64,000 nucleotides of DNA. Source: Octopus sinensis. Taxonomy: Eukaryota. The position numbers and the translations under genes are program-made. Within the stretch, counting starts at the first letter, position 1. Each line of letters begins with the position of its first letter. The stretch is from assembly GCF_006345805.1 (NCBI RefSeq), contig NC_042998.1, positions 139,996,001 through 140,060,000 on the forward strand, read 5' to 3'. Of the stretch, positions 1-12,011 are shown piece by piece. The notes beneath the pieces are model-generated. The model worked only from the letters and a program-made list of their open reading frames with translations, did not search any database and had not been told where the DNA came from.

Positions 1-1781
1 ATATGTTACTAATATAAGAAAGTGGCATCATATTTATGTGAAGTGAATATATGTAGACTAGTGGTTTGGGTGTTGGGGTTCAATTCCTGGACTGGTTGGT
101 AACCATATCTTTTTGAACAAAGTGTTTTTCATGTTATTCCACTTTCTCCATCTGAAAATGAGTGCCAGCTTTGTGCTGTGGCACCCCCATCTCTCTCTCT
201 CTCTCTCCATCTGTCACATCCTCGATGTTCTGCTAGATCAATTCTGAAGAGGTGTCTATGTCTGCATGTGACATAGGTACCTAAAATAATTAGCAAAAGC
301 ACATAGGACCAAGTCATACTCGCTTGTGAATCACTGCTATGACATCCACATGTCTACTACAGAGATTATGTATAAATATGTTTAAATATTACCATTTTAC
401 AGGGGTGTAAAGATTCAAATCTATAGTGAATGGGAAATGGGAATTTATAAAAGCAAATCTTTCCCAATGATATAAGTGAATTCCCCATTCTTTAAATGAA
501 TTCTCTATCTTAAGTCAGCAGAAGTTTCACAGGGACACTAATGATTCAAAGGTTGACTTGTCCTGTACTAATGACCTGGTGGGTGGAGAAGTTGGAAACA
601 TGTTGGAATCTACTAAAATTGAGATATGCAAATGATTCATTCCTAAGATTTCAACTGAAATTTTGGTTAATTTACTTGATGTTACACAAACAGAAATCAC
701 AAAAGCTCTCTTGGTACCTAACTGTCTTGTCATTCTGTATCATGGAGGCAGAAGCCCCATTTCCAGCCACCCAAACTAACTCTGTAAGCTCCCTCCTCCT
801 ACCTACATAAAAGTAACAACTTTTATGTAGGGCCACTTAATTAGACCTGGCTTGGTAATTAAGCCCCTATTCCATTCCATATGAAGAAGTTTAACTTCTT
901 AACTATAATGAAAGTAACACGACTATGAAGCTGTGTACTCTGAAGAAGAACTTGACATCATTTAACATCTGTTTTTCCATGTCAACCTTCATCAAGCAGC
1001 CTTATGATCAAACACATCCAAACCTTCACTCTACCATTTCTATTTCTATTTATTAAACCTTGCTGTTTCTGTTTATGGAAGGAAATCATTTAACATTTCA
1101 GAATAGTAATTATTAGTATTAGCAGAGGGCTAAATAATCCAAATGTGTACTGCACCAGACTGAGTATAGGCACAAAGTGTCTCTGAAAAACTTTGCCTGT
1201 GTTAGACTTTTATTATATTGAAATAGAAGGCAGCAAACTGGCAGAATCATCACCACACCAAACAAGATGCTTAATAGCATTTCTTCCAGCTTTTTATGTC
1301 CTGATTGCAAATGCTGCTGAGGTCAACTTTGCCTTTCATCCTTTGCGGGTCAATAAAATATGTACCAGTCAAGTTCTGAAGTTGACGTAATCAACTAACC
1401 CTCTCCCCATAAAGTAAAGTAATATTTCCATGTCTAGACATGTTTCCACAGAAGATTGGAAACAAAGGGCATCACTTGCATGGCAGTGACACTCACAACT
1501 CTCAAAGCAAGGAGACAACTAAGTCACTCTCTCTCTTTTTCTTTCTCTCTCTCTCTCTCTCACTCTCTCTCCCTCCCTCCCTCTAACATACACACACACG
1601 CATCTGACAGGCTTCTGTTAGTTTCTGCCTACCAATTCCACTTTGGTTAGCCCAGGGTTATAATAAAAGGCATTTGCCCTTGGTGCTTGAAACCATGTGG
1701 TTAGGAAGCAAACTTCCTACCACACAGCCATGTCTATACCAGACAGTCCGACTGTATATACATGAAAAGGTCTCACCTTAA

Positions 1782-2002
1782 CCCTTTCGTTACTGTATTT
1801 ATTTTGAGATGTTCTGTGTTTCTTTCAATAATTTTAAATATAAGAAAGAATTTAGTAAAATAACTCAGTTATCATTCAGCTAGTGTTAGGAACATAAATT
1901 GTGACTAAGGTTTGGTGGTATATTTTAATGCAAAACTTATGAAAACAAGACATTTATACTACAGAGCCAGAGCCGGTTTTGGCCGGACTGGTAACGAAAG
2001 AG
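1782..2002 (+). mobile_element. piggyBac-type MITE (TTAA TSD), family E
   Basis: TTAA at 1778-81 and 2003-06; 12-bp TIR CCCTTTCGTTAC (1 mismatch); homologous copy at 33989-34209. Confidence 0.85.
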
Positions 2003-2693
2003 TTAAACACATGAGGGAATGTGGACTTGACAAGCTACACTGAAAGTAGTTCATTTGACAGGTTTGTAGTTGTAAATAGAAGCTGACAGAAAGTAGAAGG
2101 AACATTTTGGGTTTGGAAGGAGCATTTGCTCTCAGAACATGCTGTAAAATAGTTGATGATAGAAATAGCATGTGAATGTAAGGAAAATAAAGTTAAAATC
2201 TTCTACAAGCAACAGAGATTGGCAGTTTTCTCTTTGTGTGTGACAGACTAGCGCCCAATACAGATGTTAAATGTATTGTTAAAAATGATGGCAATGTCAA
2301 TTACAATGATAATCGATCCCTCTCCTTCTACCTCATCATCACTGTCATAACCATCATTATTATCATCATTCTAGTCATCCTCTTCACTGTCAATATCACC
2401 ATTATTATCATTGCTGTCGCCATTATTTCCATCACCACCACCACCATCATCATCATCATCATGGCTCTTGTTCGTCTCTCAGAACAACTGTAAAGAATTT
2501 TTTTTGCTTTTTGTAGCAGTAAAGTACATATTATCTGACTTTGGCTAATCCCAAATCTCAAATACTGTTGTTTACTGAGTAATTATTATAATTCTTATCT
2601 TTTTTTTCTTTTACATTTTAATGCTTTTATTGATTCAAAATTTGGAACCAAAATTTTGATTTTTCCTTAATTTATGTAAAATTTTCTCCTCAG

Positions 2694-2780
2694 CGTGAAA
2701 AGCAAATTAAAATGGTAGAAGCAAAATTCCATGAAGAAAAACTCCAAGAACAAGAGAAACATGATCAAGCTGTCACATCG
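2694..2780 (+). CDS. CEP112: CEP112-like exon a (REKQIKMVEAKFHEEKLQEQEKHDQAVTS)
   Basis: ttttctcctcag acceptor, GTATC donor, 87 nt, phase 0/0. Confidence 0.9.
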
Positions 2781-2786
2781 GTATCA

Positions 2787-2827
<41 letters not shown>

Positions 2828-3189
2828 GATGATGATTATTAAATCTTGGTTTAATCTCTTTCGAAAATCCATTCAAACTAGGTCAAACAAATTTAGAACA
2901 GAAAGGTTTCTAGTAAGAAATTTAATTTATTTCTACACAAAATAGCATCACAATTCTCATAGACACTAGGTAATACAATTAGTATGGAAGTATGGTGATT
3001 TATATGAGGGACAGAGAGAGAGAGAGGGGGGAGAGAAGAAGAGAGAAACACATACATCATCATCATTATTTAACATCTGTATTTCATGCTGGCATGGGTT
3101 GGACAGTTTGACAGAATCCAGTGAGCCACAGGGCTGTATTATATCCAATGTCATCTTTGGTATGGGTTCTAAGGTTAGGATGTTTGCCT

Positions 3190-3540
3190 GCCTGCCCACC
3201 CATACTTTTACAACCATTGAAAAATTGGATTTTGTGTTGCTGGGACACTCTGCATACTGTCCAGATCTCCCCACTTCTGATTATCACATCTTTGGAATGC
3301 TCAAACATCTTTTATAAGGTCAGCAATTTGCTACAGATGAAGTACAGATGGCAGTGCATAGATGGCTGCATGACCAGGTCAAAACCTTCTCCAATGGAAT
3401 ATGGAAGCTTGTGGACTGCTGGAAGAAGTGCATCGAAAAGTAAGGAGGCTATGCCCAAAAATGATGTAATTCCTTAACCCCTGCTGTTGTTTTATTAAAT
3501 TACAGAAACAGGAGTGTGTATAACTTTTAACTTACCCTTG
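3190..3540 (+). mobile_element. Mariner transposase 3' fragment with right terminus (second mariner family)
   Basis: HSAYCPDLPTSDYHIFGMLK..AVHRWLHDQ..WKKCIE; ends ACTTACCCTTG followed by TA, unlike the 12-kb element's TIR. Confidence 0.8.
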
Positions 3541-3666
3541 TATGTATGTATGTATGTGTGTGTGTGTGTGTGTGTCTGTGTGTGTGTGTATATATATATA
3601 TTACGTCATATGTAAACAAACAAAAGTTAGTTTTTGAAGCATTGAAATGTATTGTAGAACAACCAG

Positions 3667-3707
<41 letters not shown>

Positions 3708-3947
3708 AATACAAAACAAGGTGGAAAGAAATAGTACTCAAATACTGAAGGTAGAATACTATGCTTTTATTAAAGTTGTAAAATTCTTCACAAACTTACT
3801 CAAGGTTTCACATTACCCTTTGTCGGACATTTGTGATCAGGCATTATGATCACAACTGTTGTCTAGCGAATGATAACATAAAACTCTGGGTAACACTTTG
3901 TGAAAATTTTTACAGTTTTAATAAAAGTATATATATATATTATTTAT

Positions 3948-3980
<33 letters not shown>

Positions 3981-4847
3981 CAGTGTGATGAGTAAATTGT
4001 TGCCATTTTATATCTATAATTCTATGCATGTGTATTGTTTGCTTTTGATTTTGTCAACTACACAGTATAGTAGGGTCAGCTGGGCACCATCTGGGACAAA
4101 AGCAGCACCATGATGCAATTCACTCTGCCAAAAATTTGGAAACGACGTACTGTACTGCTTGGCATTTGCACCGGAAACTCCAATACAAACATTTTAGAGT
4201 GTTTGGATGTCACTCTGAGGACATGTACCGAGAGTGATAAAAATTAAACATCCAGTCAACATCATAGTGTTTGGAGTGATCACTAGTGAAGGTAACATTA
4301 TGCCTTCATTCATCTTTCCACACTGCCTCACACTCAGAATGGAGTCCTACATCAAGTGCCTGGGGGAGGCAGTGCTGCCCTAGGTCAACAGGGTGGCAGC
4401 TGAAAGACCTTATGTCTGGCAACAGGACTCAGCACCATGCTACACAAGCAGGAGAACCCAGTCATGGCCGTCAGACAATTTCTGGAATCACATCACCTTT
4501 AACAACTGGCCATCTAACTTCCCAGACTGCAAACCCCTTGATTAATAAGTGTGGGGTGCAATTGCATGAGAGACCAACAAAATTCCTTGTAACACCAAAG
4601 ATGAACTGAAGGTAAAGATTGTGGCAGCATATTCACCAGCTTAAGCAAGGAGACCATCCAGAAGAGTTGCAAGATATTCTGAAGTCTGCAGGCCATGGTT
4701 GAAGCCAATGGCGATTTTATTGAATAAATTTACTCTTTAGTATTTCAAGATATTTTTATGTAATTTTGGTAAATATATCTGTTAAAATGAGATGTCAATG
4801 TTATTTTCATTTTTGCATAATTTAGAGAATAATTTATGTACCACACC

Positions 4848-4850
<3 letters not shown>
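3981..4850 (+). mobile_element. Internally deleted DD37D (maT-type) Tc1/mariner element
   Basis: YVWQQDSAP..WPSNFPDCKPLD with exactly 37 residues between Asp codons 4426 and 4540; ends EANGDFIE* (4727); degenerate CAG(GG)TGTG..TAAATT termini. Confidence 0.8.
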
Positions 4851-4879
<29 letters not shown>

Positions 4880-7735
4880 TGTGTGTGTGTGTGCATGTCT
4901 GTGTAGGGTGTAGATATAATTGTGTGGTTGAGAAGTTCTCTTTGCAACGTGGTTTCAAGTTCTGTCCCACTGTCTTTTGTGACAGCTCCTGCTTGACCAA
5001 AGCCATGTGAGGGGATTTGGTAGATGGATACTGAAAGAAGCCCGTTTTGTGTATGTATGTGTGTGTGTTTACATTTGTACTTCTTCAAAAATTACCGGGC
5101 TTCCTGTGGCAAAATTATTTTTGTAATTTTCTCTCTCCACAAATCATCTGCTAGCTTTTGTAATTTCAAAGATGAGTGGAATAAAAGATCCCTTATTTGT
5201 TGAAAGTTAGAGACAGGAAAAGAATATGACTGCAAAATAATACCTCAATGTCTTTGTTTTGCTCCCCCATCATGATGCCTTACTAATGATGGATTGCAAT
5301 GAATCTGTGGGTAGCTGATATAGTCCTCACATCCCCACTTCACAGCAGAAGTGCCTACATATATGTATAAATATCATCATTATCATCATCATCATCATCA
5401 TTTACTGCCTGTTTTCAATGCTGGCATGGGTTGGACAGTTTGACCAGAGCTGGTAAACTGTAGAACTGCACCAGGCTCTAGTCTGTTTGGGCTTGGTTTC
5501 CATGGCTAGATGCCCTTCCTAATGCCAACCACTTTACAGAGTATACTGGGTGTCTTTTACATGTCACTGGCACAGGTGCCTTAATACACACATACAAACA
5601 CATGCACACACATGCACACGCACCACACACACACACACACACACACAGTTGTTTGTTTATGTGTGTATTATCATCATTTAATATCCATCCATTTCCATGC
5701 TGGTATGGGATGAATAGTTTGACAGGATCTGATGAGTTGGAGGACTGTGCTGTGCTCCAATGTCTGCTTTGGTATGGTTCCTATGGCTAGATGTCCTTCC
5801 TCATGCCAACCATTTTTGTACTAGGTGTTTTTTTCTCAAGGCATCAGCACTAGTGAGGTTGCCATTGTAGCTCATAAGAGTAGAGCTACAATGTGGCTTT
5901 ATGCTAAGTATTGAGTGGTTAAAATGTGAAAGAAAGGGCTGAAAAAAGTTTGTTACTGAGAAGAGATTTCCAGCTACTTAGCACTATATAAGGATGGAGC
6001 TGGAAAGAGAAATAAAGATGGTGGTGACAAGATGCCGGGATGAACCCTTGGTGTACAAAATGGGGAAAAGAAGAGAGAGTGAGAACAAAAGAACAGTGGA
6101 TGAATAGAGGGTGCAAGAGTGTATGGAGAGAGTGAGGGGGTGGATGGATAGAGATAGGGAAAGTGGTGGGGTGGATACAATGAATGGCAAACAAGTGTGA
6201 CAGGGATTTATTTGTCTATTAAGGTTAGAAAATCTCTCGTTATTTTGGATTTTAACTTTGTGAGTGGAATAGATAGGTGTGACCCACAATACTTCAGTAC
6301 ATCTTTTTAGGTTTTTTACAGTGGTTGAGAGTTTTGAGATGTATAAATAATTTTCTTTTTGGGTCTGCTCTGTATCGTCAGCGTCGTCATCGGCGGTGGC
6401 TGCAGCGGCATTGTCGTCGGCGTCGGCATCACCACCACCACCACTGTTGTCATCATTTAGTGTCTGTCTTCCATGCTGGCATAGTTTGGACAGTTTGACA
6501 GGAGCTGGTAAGCCAGAAAGTCACACTAGGCTCCATTGTTCACTTTGGCATGGGTTCTACAGCTGGGTGCCCTTCCCAATACCAACCATTTTACAGAATG
6601 TACTGGATGCTTTTCATGTGACACCAGCACTAGTGCTTTTGACAGGGCACCAACACTAGAGGAGTTGCCGAGTAATTACAAGATGAAGACCCTTCAGCTG
6701 GAAGAGTGAGTGGAACTGAAGGAAGTGGTTGTGTGCCAGGTGAGAGGTTAGAATATAATAGAGGGATAGAGATAGGTGTCAGCTCCAGTAGAAAAAGAAA
6801 GGAGAGGAAGGAGAGAGAAAGATAGAGAGACAGAGTGAGAGAGAAAAAGAAATAGGGTTGGAGATGCATCAGGAGCCTACCCTCAGGGAACAGTGGTTGG
6901 GGGAGGGAATATAAGTGATACAAAAGGGATAGAGGGAGTGCTCCATAAAAGTGTGAGGAGAGATGTTTTGAGATGAGGAAGAGGTGACTGCAGCAAGTGA
7001 TGGTGAGAAACTGTAGTGGCTAAGTGGTGTGTATGTAGATATGTGAGGGCATGGAGAGTGTACAGATAGGCACATAAAGGAGAGTGGAGAGGCCTGCAGT
7101 GGGCGGGGATCATGGGTGGTGGAATGGGGGTATTGAGAAGATAGGTTGCCGGGGAGTTTTGACTGAGCACAGAATGTGTGTGTGTGTGAGTTGGATGAAG
7201 TTGGGCAGAGATGCCTAGCTGTAAAGGTCATGCCTGTATGTATAGATGGCCCTGATTTCACTTAGTAAACGCCAGGAGTCTCAATCTCTTGTTTCTCCTC
7301 TGTCAGGCTCAACATCTGAAGATCCTTTCTCATACTTCATGCCACATCTTCCTGGGTCTACATCTTCCACAGGTTCCCTCCATCCATATACATCACATGA
7401 TCATACCAGCACAATCTTCTGTCTTGCATACTACATCTGGTGCCTCTTATACCCAACTTTTCTCATAAAACATTTACTATTTGTCATACAAGCACACTGA
7501 CTTTGCACATCCACTGGAGTGTGTTGGCTTCATTTCTTTCAAGCCTTCATATGTTTACTGCCATGTAGCATAGCTGTCCGTATACAGGCATTATGCAATT
7601 TGCCTTTCAACAAAGGTAGGAGCTCTCAGAACTTTGCCCTCTGCTCAGCCATTCCTTATTATAGCAACTATGCTTTCAGAGCATCTTCCTCCACTACTAA
7701 TTTGGTCAACTAGGTAACAGAAGCTATCTATTATT

Positions 7736-7967
7736 AAAGTAGCGAGCTGGCAGAAACGTTAGCATGCCAGGCGAAATGCTTAGCGCTATTTTGTCTGCCG
7801 CTACATTCTCAGTTCAGATTCCTCGAGGTTGACTTTGCCTTTCATTCTTTTGGGGTCGATTAAACTAGTACCGGTTATGCTCTGGGGTCGATATAATTGG
7901 CTTAATCCGTTTGCCTAGCCTTGTTTGTCTCCTCTGTGTGTAGCCCCTTGTGGGCAGTAAAGAAATA
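7736..7967 (+). mobile_element. SINE family A, long-tail variant (representative; more than 25 A-type copies or fragments in window)
   Basis: 17-bp TSD AGAAGCTATCTA(T/C)TATT (7719-35, 7968-84); central GTCGACTTTGCCTTTCATCCTTT..GGGGTCGAT..AGTACC core recalls the MetaSINE-type domain; other long-tail copies at about 14063-14290, 56770-57000 and 63685-63915 (all minus). Confidence 0.85.
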
Positions 7968-9528
7968 AGAAGCTATCTACTATTTCTAAGGATTCTCCCT
8001 GGACATTTGAGGAAGTCAGTTTTCTCAAATGTCTAGTGGGATTCTTAATTATACTATTATAGAAGGTATCAAGTATTTCCTTATTGGAGGACAGATTTGA
8101 AATCATTCAGTTAATAGTTTTGTGGAAATTCTTTGAAACATGTAAATATATAGGTGCCAGTATGGCTGTATGTTGGCACAAGCATGGTTATGTGGTTAAG
8201 AAGCTTATTCTAAAACCTCGTGGTTTCAAGTTCAGTCCCACTGTGCATCACCTTGTGCAAATGTCTTCTGCTATAGCCCCTGAACAACCAATGCCTTGTG
8301 AATATATTTGGTAGAAAAAACTATGTGGAAGCCTCTCTGTGTGTGTGCATGCATGTGTGTATATTATATGTATGTGTTTGTTCTGCCCCACTGCTTGACA
8401 ACTGGTGTTGGTTTGCTTACATCCCCATAACAATTCAGCAAAAGAGACTGGTGGAATAAGTACCAAACTTTTTTTAAAACAAAAAGTACTGAGGTTGATT
8501 TGTTTGACAAAAAACCCCCTTCAAGGCAGTGCCTCAGCATGGCCACAGTCCAATGACTGAAACAAGTAAAAGATAAAAAGATACACTTTGATCCTTTGAT
8601 GGATAGTATTATCGATAAGAATGGCAATAGCAATGCTACATTTTTTTTCTCTATAGTAGTCATCAGCTTCTAAATAAATGACTGTAGTACAGCCTGTGAA
8701 TCTATAAATCTTTAATGAATTCTGCTTATATATCTAGGTAGAACATCATATGTATATATATATATATAAAAATATGTACGTGTGTATATATATATATATA
8801 TATATAATATATATATATATAAATATGTATGTGTGTGTATATATATATATGTAACAATTCCCAGGAAAGCAAGACTGATTGGCTTGATAATATTTTTATG
8901 AATTTAAGATTCATTAATTCTTCAATAGATATTATACAAACATGAAATAGCGAAATCTCTTCTATAAACTGTGATTTAATTTTGTCTCACTTTTCTAATG
9001 TCCTATCAATTAATAAAGTTAAAATGAAATTTCATTTAGTCACTTCTGCTGCAGAATATTTGCACAACTTTCAATATTTAATTATCATGACAGTCTCTTG
9101 GGAGGTTATTTCGAGTCATAGCTGTTTAAATTATAATTACTAGTACAAAGTATCTTACTTTGTAGTCCTTGGGATATTTTCTCGCTTTGGCTTTTTGCTA
9201 TCTCAGCTTTTACAAGTGTCTAGACACAGACATACTAGTAGTTCTCAGTGTAGTTTAAAATTTGATAGATGTACTCAAAATTATTTTAAATAGGCATAAA
9301 GACATTTGCATGACACCACTGGCATTCTATTTTAACTCCCTAGAACAGTCAACATCTTGAGTCTTGTGAGTGAATTTGGTAAGCAGAAAACTGAAATAAA
9401 GTGCATGTGTGTGTGTATTTTCTATTATTAATCAAAAGTTATCGTTTGACTCAAGGGCTGAGATCTCATGCAGTGTTAAGTGCCAGTGCACAAGACTCTT
9501 GATCCTTGAGTCACTTTGTAACTTCTGG

Positions 9529-9567
<39 letters not shown>

Positions 9568-9582
9568 TAATAATAATAATAA

Positions 9583-10135
9583 CAAGCCATGATAATTGGT
9601 ACAGGCACCATCCAGAAGGTGTAGTAAATGGCAAGGGTGTCATCATTCTTCGAAACTTCCCAATACAAAGACAGAAAAATTTACTCCAGTTGACCAGACA
9701 TTTTGATCAAGGACTACAACAGAGGAACTTGTCTGTTAATAGATATGTCTGTCCCACAAGATCAAAATGTCGCAAGAAAGGAATACGTAAAGCTTTCTCA
9801 CTATAAAGATCTGCAAACTGAAATCACAAAAATGTGGAAGCTTAGTACTACGATAATTCCAATAGTAATTGGTGCATCGGGAATGATAAAGAAGGGAGCT
9901 GAGAAGTATATTAAGCAACTCCCTGATAACTCCATTCTCCATGAACTACAAAAGGTTACCTTAATGGGTACAGCCCATATATACGGAAAGCACTCTCCAT
10001 CTAAAATGGAATAAATGTGGTGATAATTTTAGCATGCATAGCAAAACAAATGTGCCCTTGCTACTCATGGCCTCTGGAGAATGCCTGGTATTAAGGCAGC
10101 TGAAATAAAGTTATAATGAAAGGAAACCATAGATA
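9583..10135 (+). mobile_element. 5'-truncated R4/Dong-type non-LTR retrotransposon (RLE endonuclease end)
   Basis: *PDILIKDYNRGTCLLIDMSVP..KLSHYKDL..IPIVIGASG..ELQKVTLMGTAHI, a restriction-like endonuclease pattern; abuts (TAA)n at 9530-9582 and degenerate TAA repeats downstream. Confidence 0.8.
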
Positions 10136-10167
10136 ACAACAATGACAATAATAATAATGATGATGAT

Positions 10168-10465
10168 AGTTTCAAATTTTTGCTCAAGATCAAAAATTGT
10201 GAGAGGGGTGCTAGTTGAGTAGACTGATCCTGGAGTTCAACTGGTATTTATTTCAAATTTTTCCACCAGGGCAGCAATTTTGGGGAAGGGGTTAAGTTGA
10301 TTACATCAACCCCAGTGTACATCTGGTACTTATTTTATTGACCCCGAAAAGATGAAAGGCATAGTTGACCTCAGTGGAATTTGAGCTCAGAACATAGTGA
10401 CAGACAAAATACCACTAAGCATGTCTCCAAGCGTGTTAACAATTCTGCCAGCTCACCGCCTTATA

Positions 10466-10497
<32 letters not shown>

Positions 10498-11365
10498 GAT
10501 GATGATGGTTTCAAATTTTGTCACAAGGGCAGCAATTTTGAGGAAAGGGATGAATCAATTACATCAACCCCAGTATTCAACTGGTACTTAATTTATTTAC
10601 CCCAAAAGAAAGAAAAGCAAAGTCAATCTCGGAGGGATTTGAACTCAGATTGGAGCAACGAGTGAAATACTGCTGAGCATTTCGTCCAGTGTGCTAATGA
10701 TTTTACCAGCTTGCCACCTTAATAATATTAGTAATAATAATAATAATAATCCTTTCTACTATAGGCACAAGGTCTGAAATTGGGGGTGGGGAGGAGATTA
10801 GATAATTACATCAACCCCAGTGCTTAATTTATTAACCCCAAAAGGATGAATGGCAAAGTCGACCCTGGCTGCATTTGAACTCAGAACGTGAAGACAGACA
10901 AAATACTGCTAAGCATTTCACCCAGCATGCTAATGATTCTGCCAGCTCTCCACAATGATTTGGCACAAAACCAGCAAGTTCAGGGGAGGAGTTTAGTTGA
11001 TTACATTTAGTCCAGTGCTCAACTGCACTTATTTTAACAACCCCAAAAAAGAAAAGGCAAAGTGGACCCCAGTGGAATTTCAACTCAAAACACGAAGTCG
11101 AAAAAAATGCCGCTATGCACAGTAATGATTCTGCTAGATTTGCCACCTTATTAATAATAATAATACTACTACTATTAATAATCCTTTCTACTAAAGGCAC
11201 AAGGCCTGAAATTTTGAAGGAGGGGCCTAGCCGATTACATCAACCTCTGTGTTTCACTGGTACTTAATTTATCGACACCGAAAGGATGAAAGGTAAAGTC
11301 AACCTTGGTGAAACTTGAACTCAGAGCATCAAAGTGGATGAAATGCTGCCAAGCATTTTGCCTAA
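10168..11365 (-). mobile_element. Head-to-tail array of about 6 SINE A copies separated by (TAA)n
   Basis: Repeated GATGAAAGG(C/T)AAAGT(C/T)GACC..GAACTCAGAA cores, all on the minus strand. Confidence 0.85.
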
Positions 11366-12011
11366 ATAATAATGATGATGATAATAATAAAATATGTGTG
11401 TATGTGTCTGTCTCTTTGTTTTGACATAATGTGATGATTGTAAACAAACATCACTGTCATACAAGTGTGTTGTTTGTTTGCAATCCATCATGAAAATGTG
11501 GTAAACCACGGGGAAGTATTACCTTGAACTTGAAATCAGATGAGGGTTGGTGACGGAAAGAGCATCCAACCAAAGCAAAAATCTGATTCAACAAATCCAG
11601 TCTGACCCATGAAAGCATAGAGAAGTCAACATTGAATTGATGATGGGGACAGTGGCAGTGACTATGATGAATTATTTGGTAGAAACTAAAGCATCAGATC
11701 ATCTTTGATTTAGTGACAAGAGTGATAACAAAATTTTGAAACAATCATCGAATGGCAACACATCAGGTGTTTTGATTGTTGTGAACTGTTATCAATCTCT
11801 CAAATATTTTGTAGACAAATAATTTGCTTCTGTGTTTGACAGAAAGAATTGTCTAATTGGCTTATTATGACAACTAATGAGTTGAAGGATTTTTATACTA
11901 TAACTTAATGATATTAGCTTAAGTGGTGAAGGAGATGAAGATAAATCATTGAAGCATCTCAGAAACACAATACTCCCAACATTGGTGTCACATCATCTAA
12001 GTTTAGAAGTA

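Noticed and set aside
2236-2561. Poly-Ile/Met ORFs
   Set aside because: Degenerate (ATC/ATT)n triplet repeat
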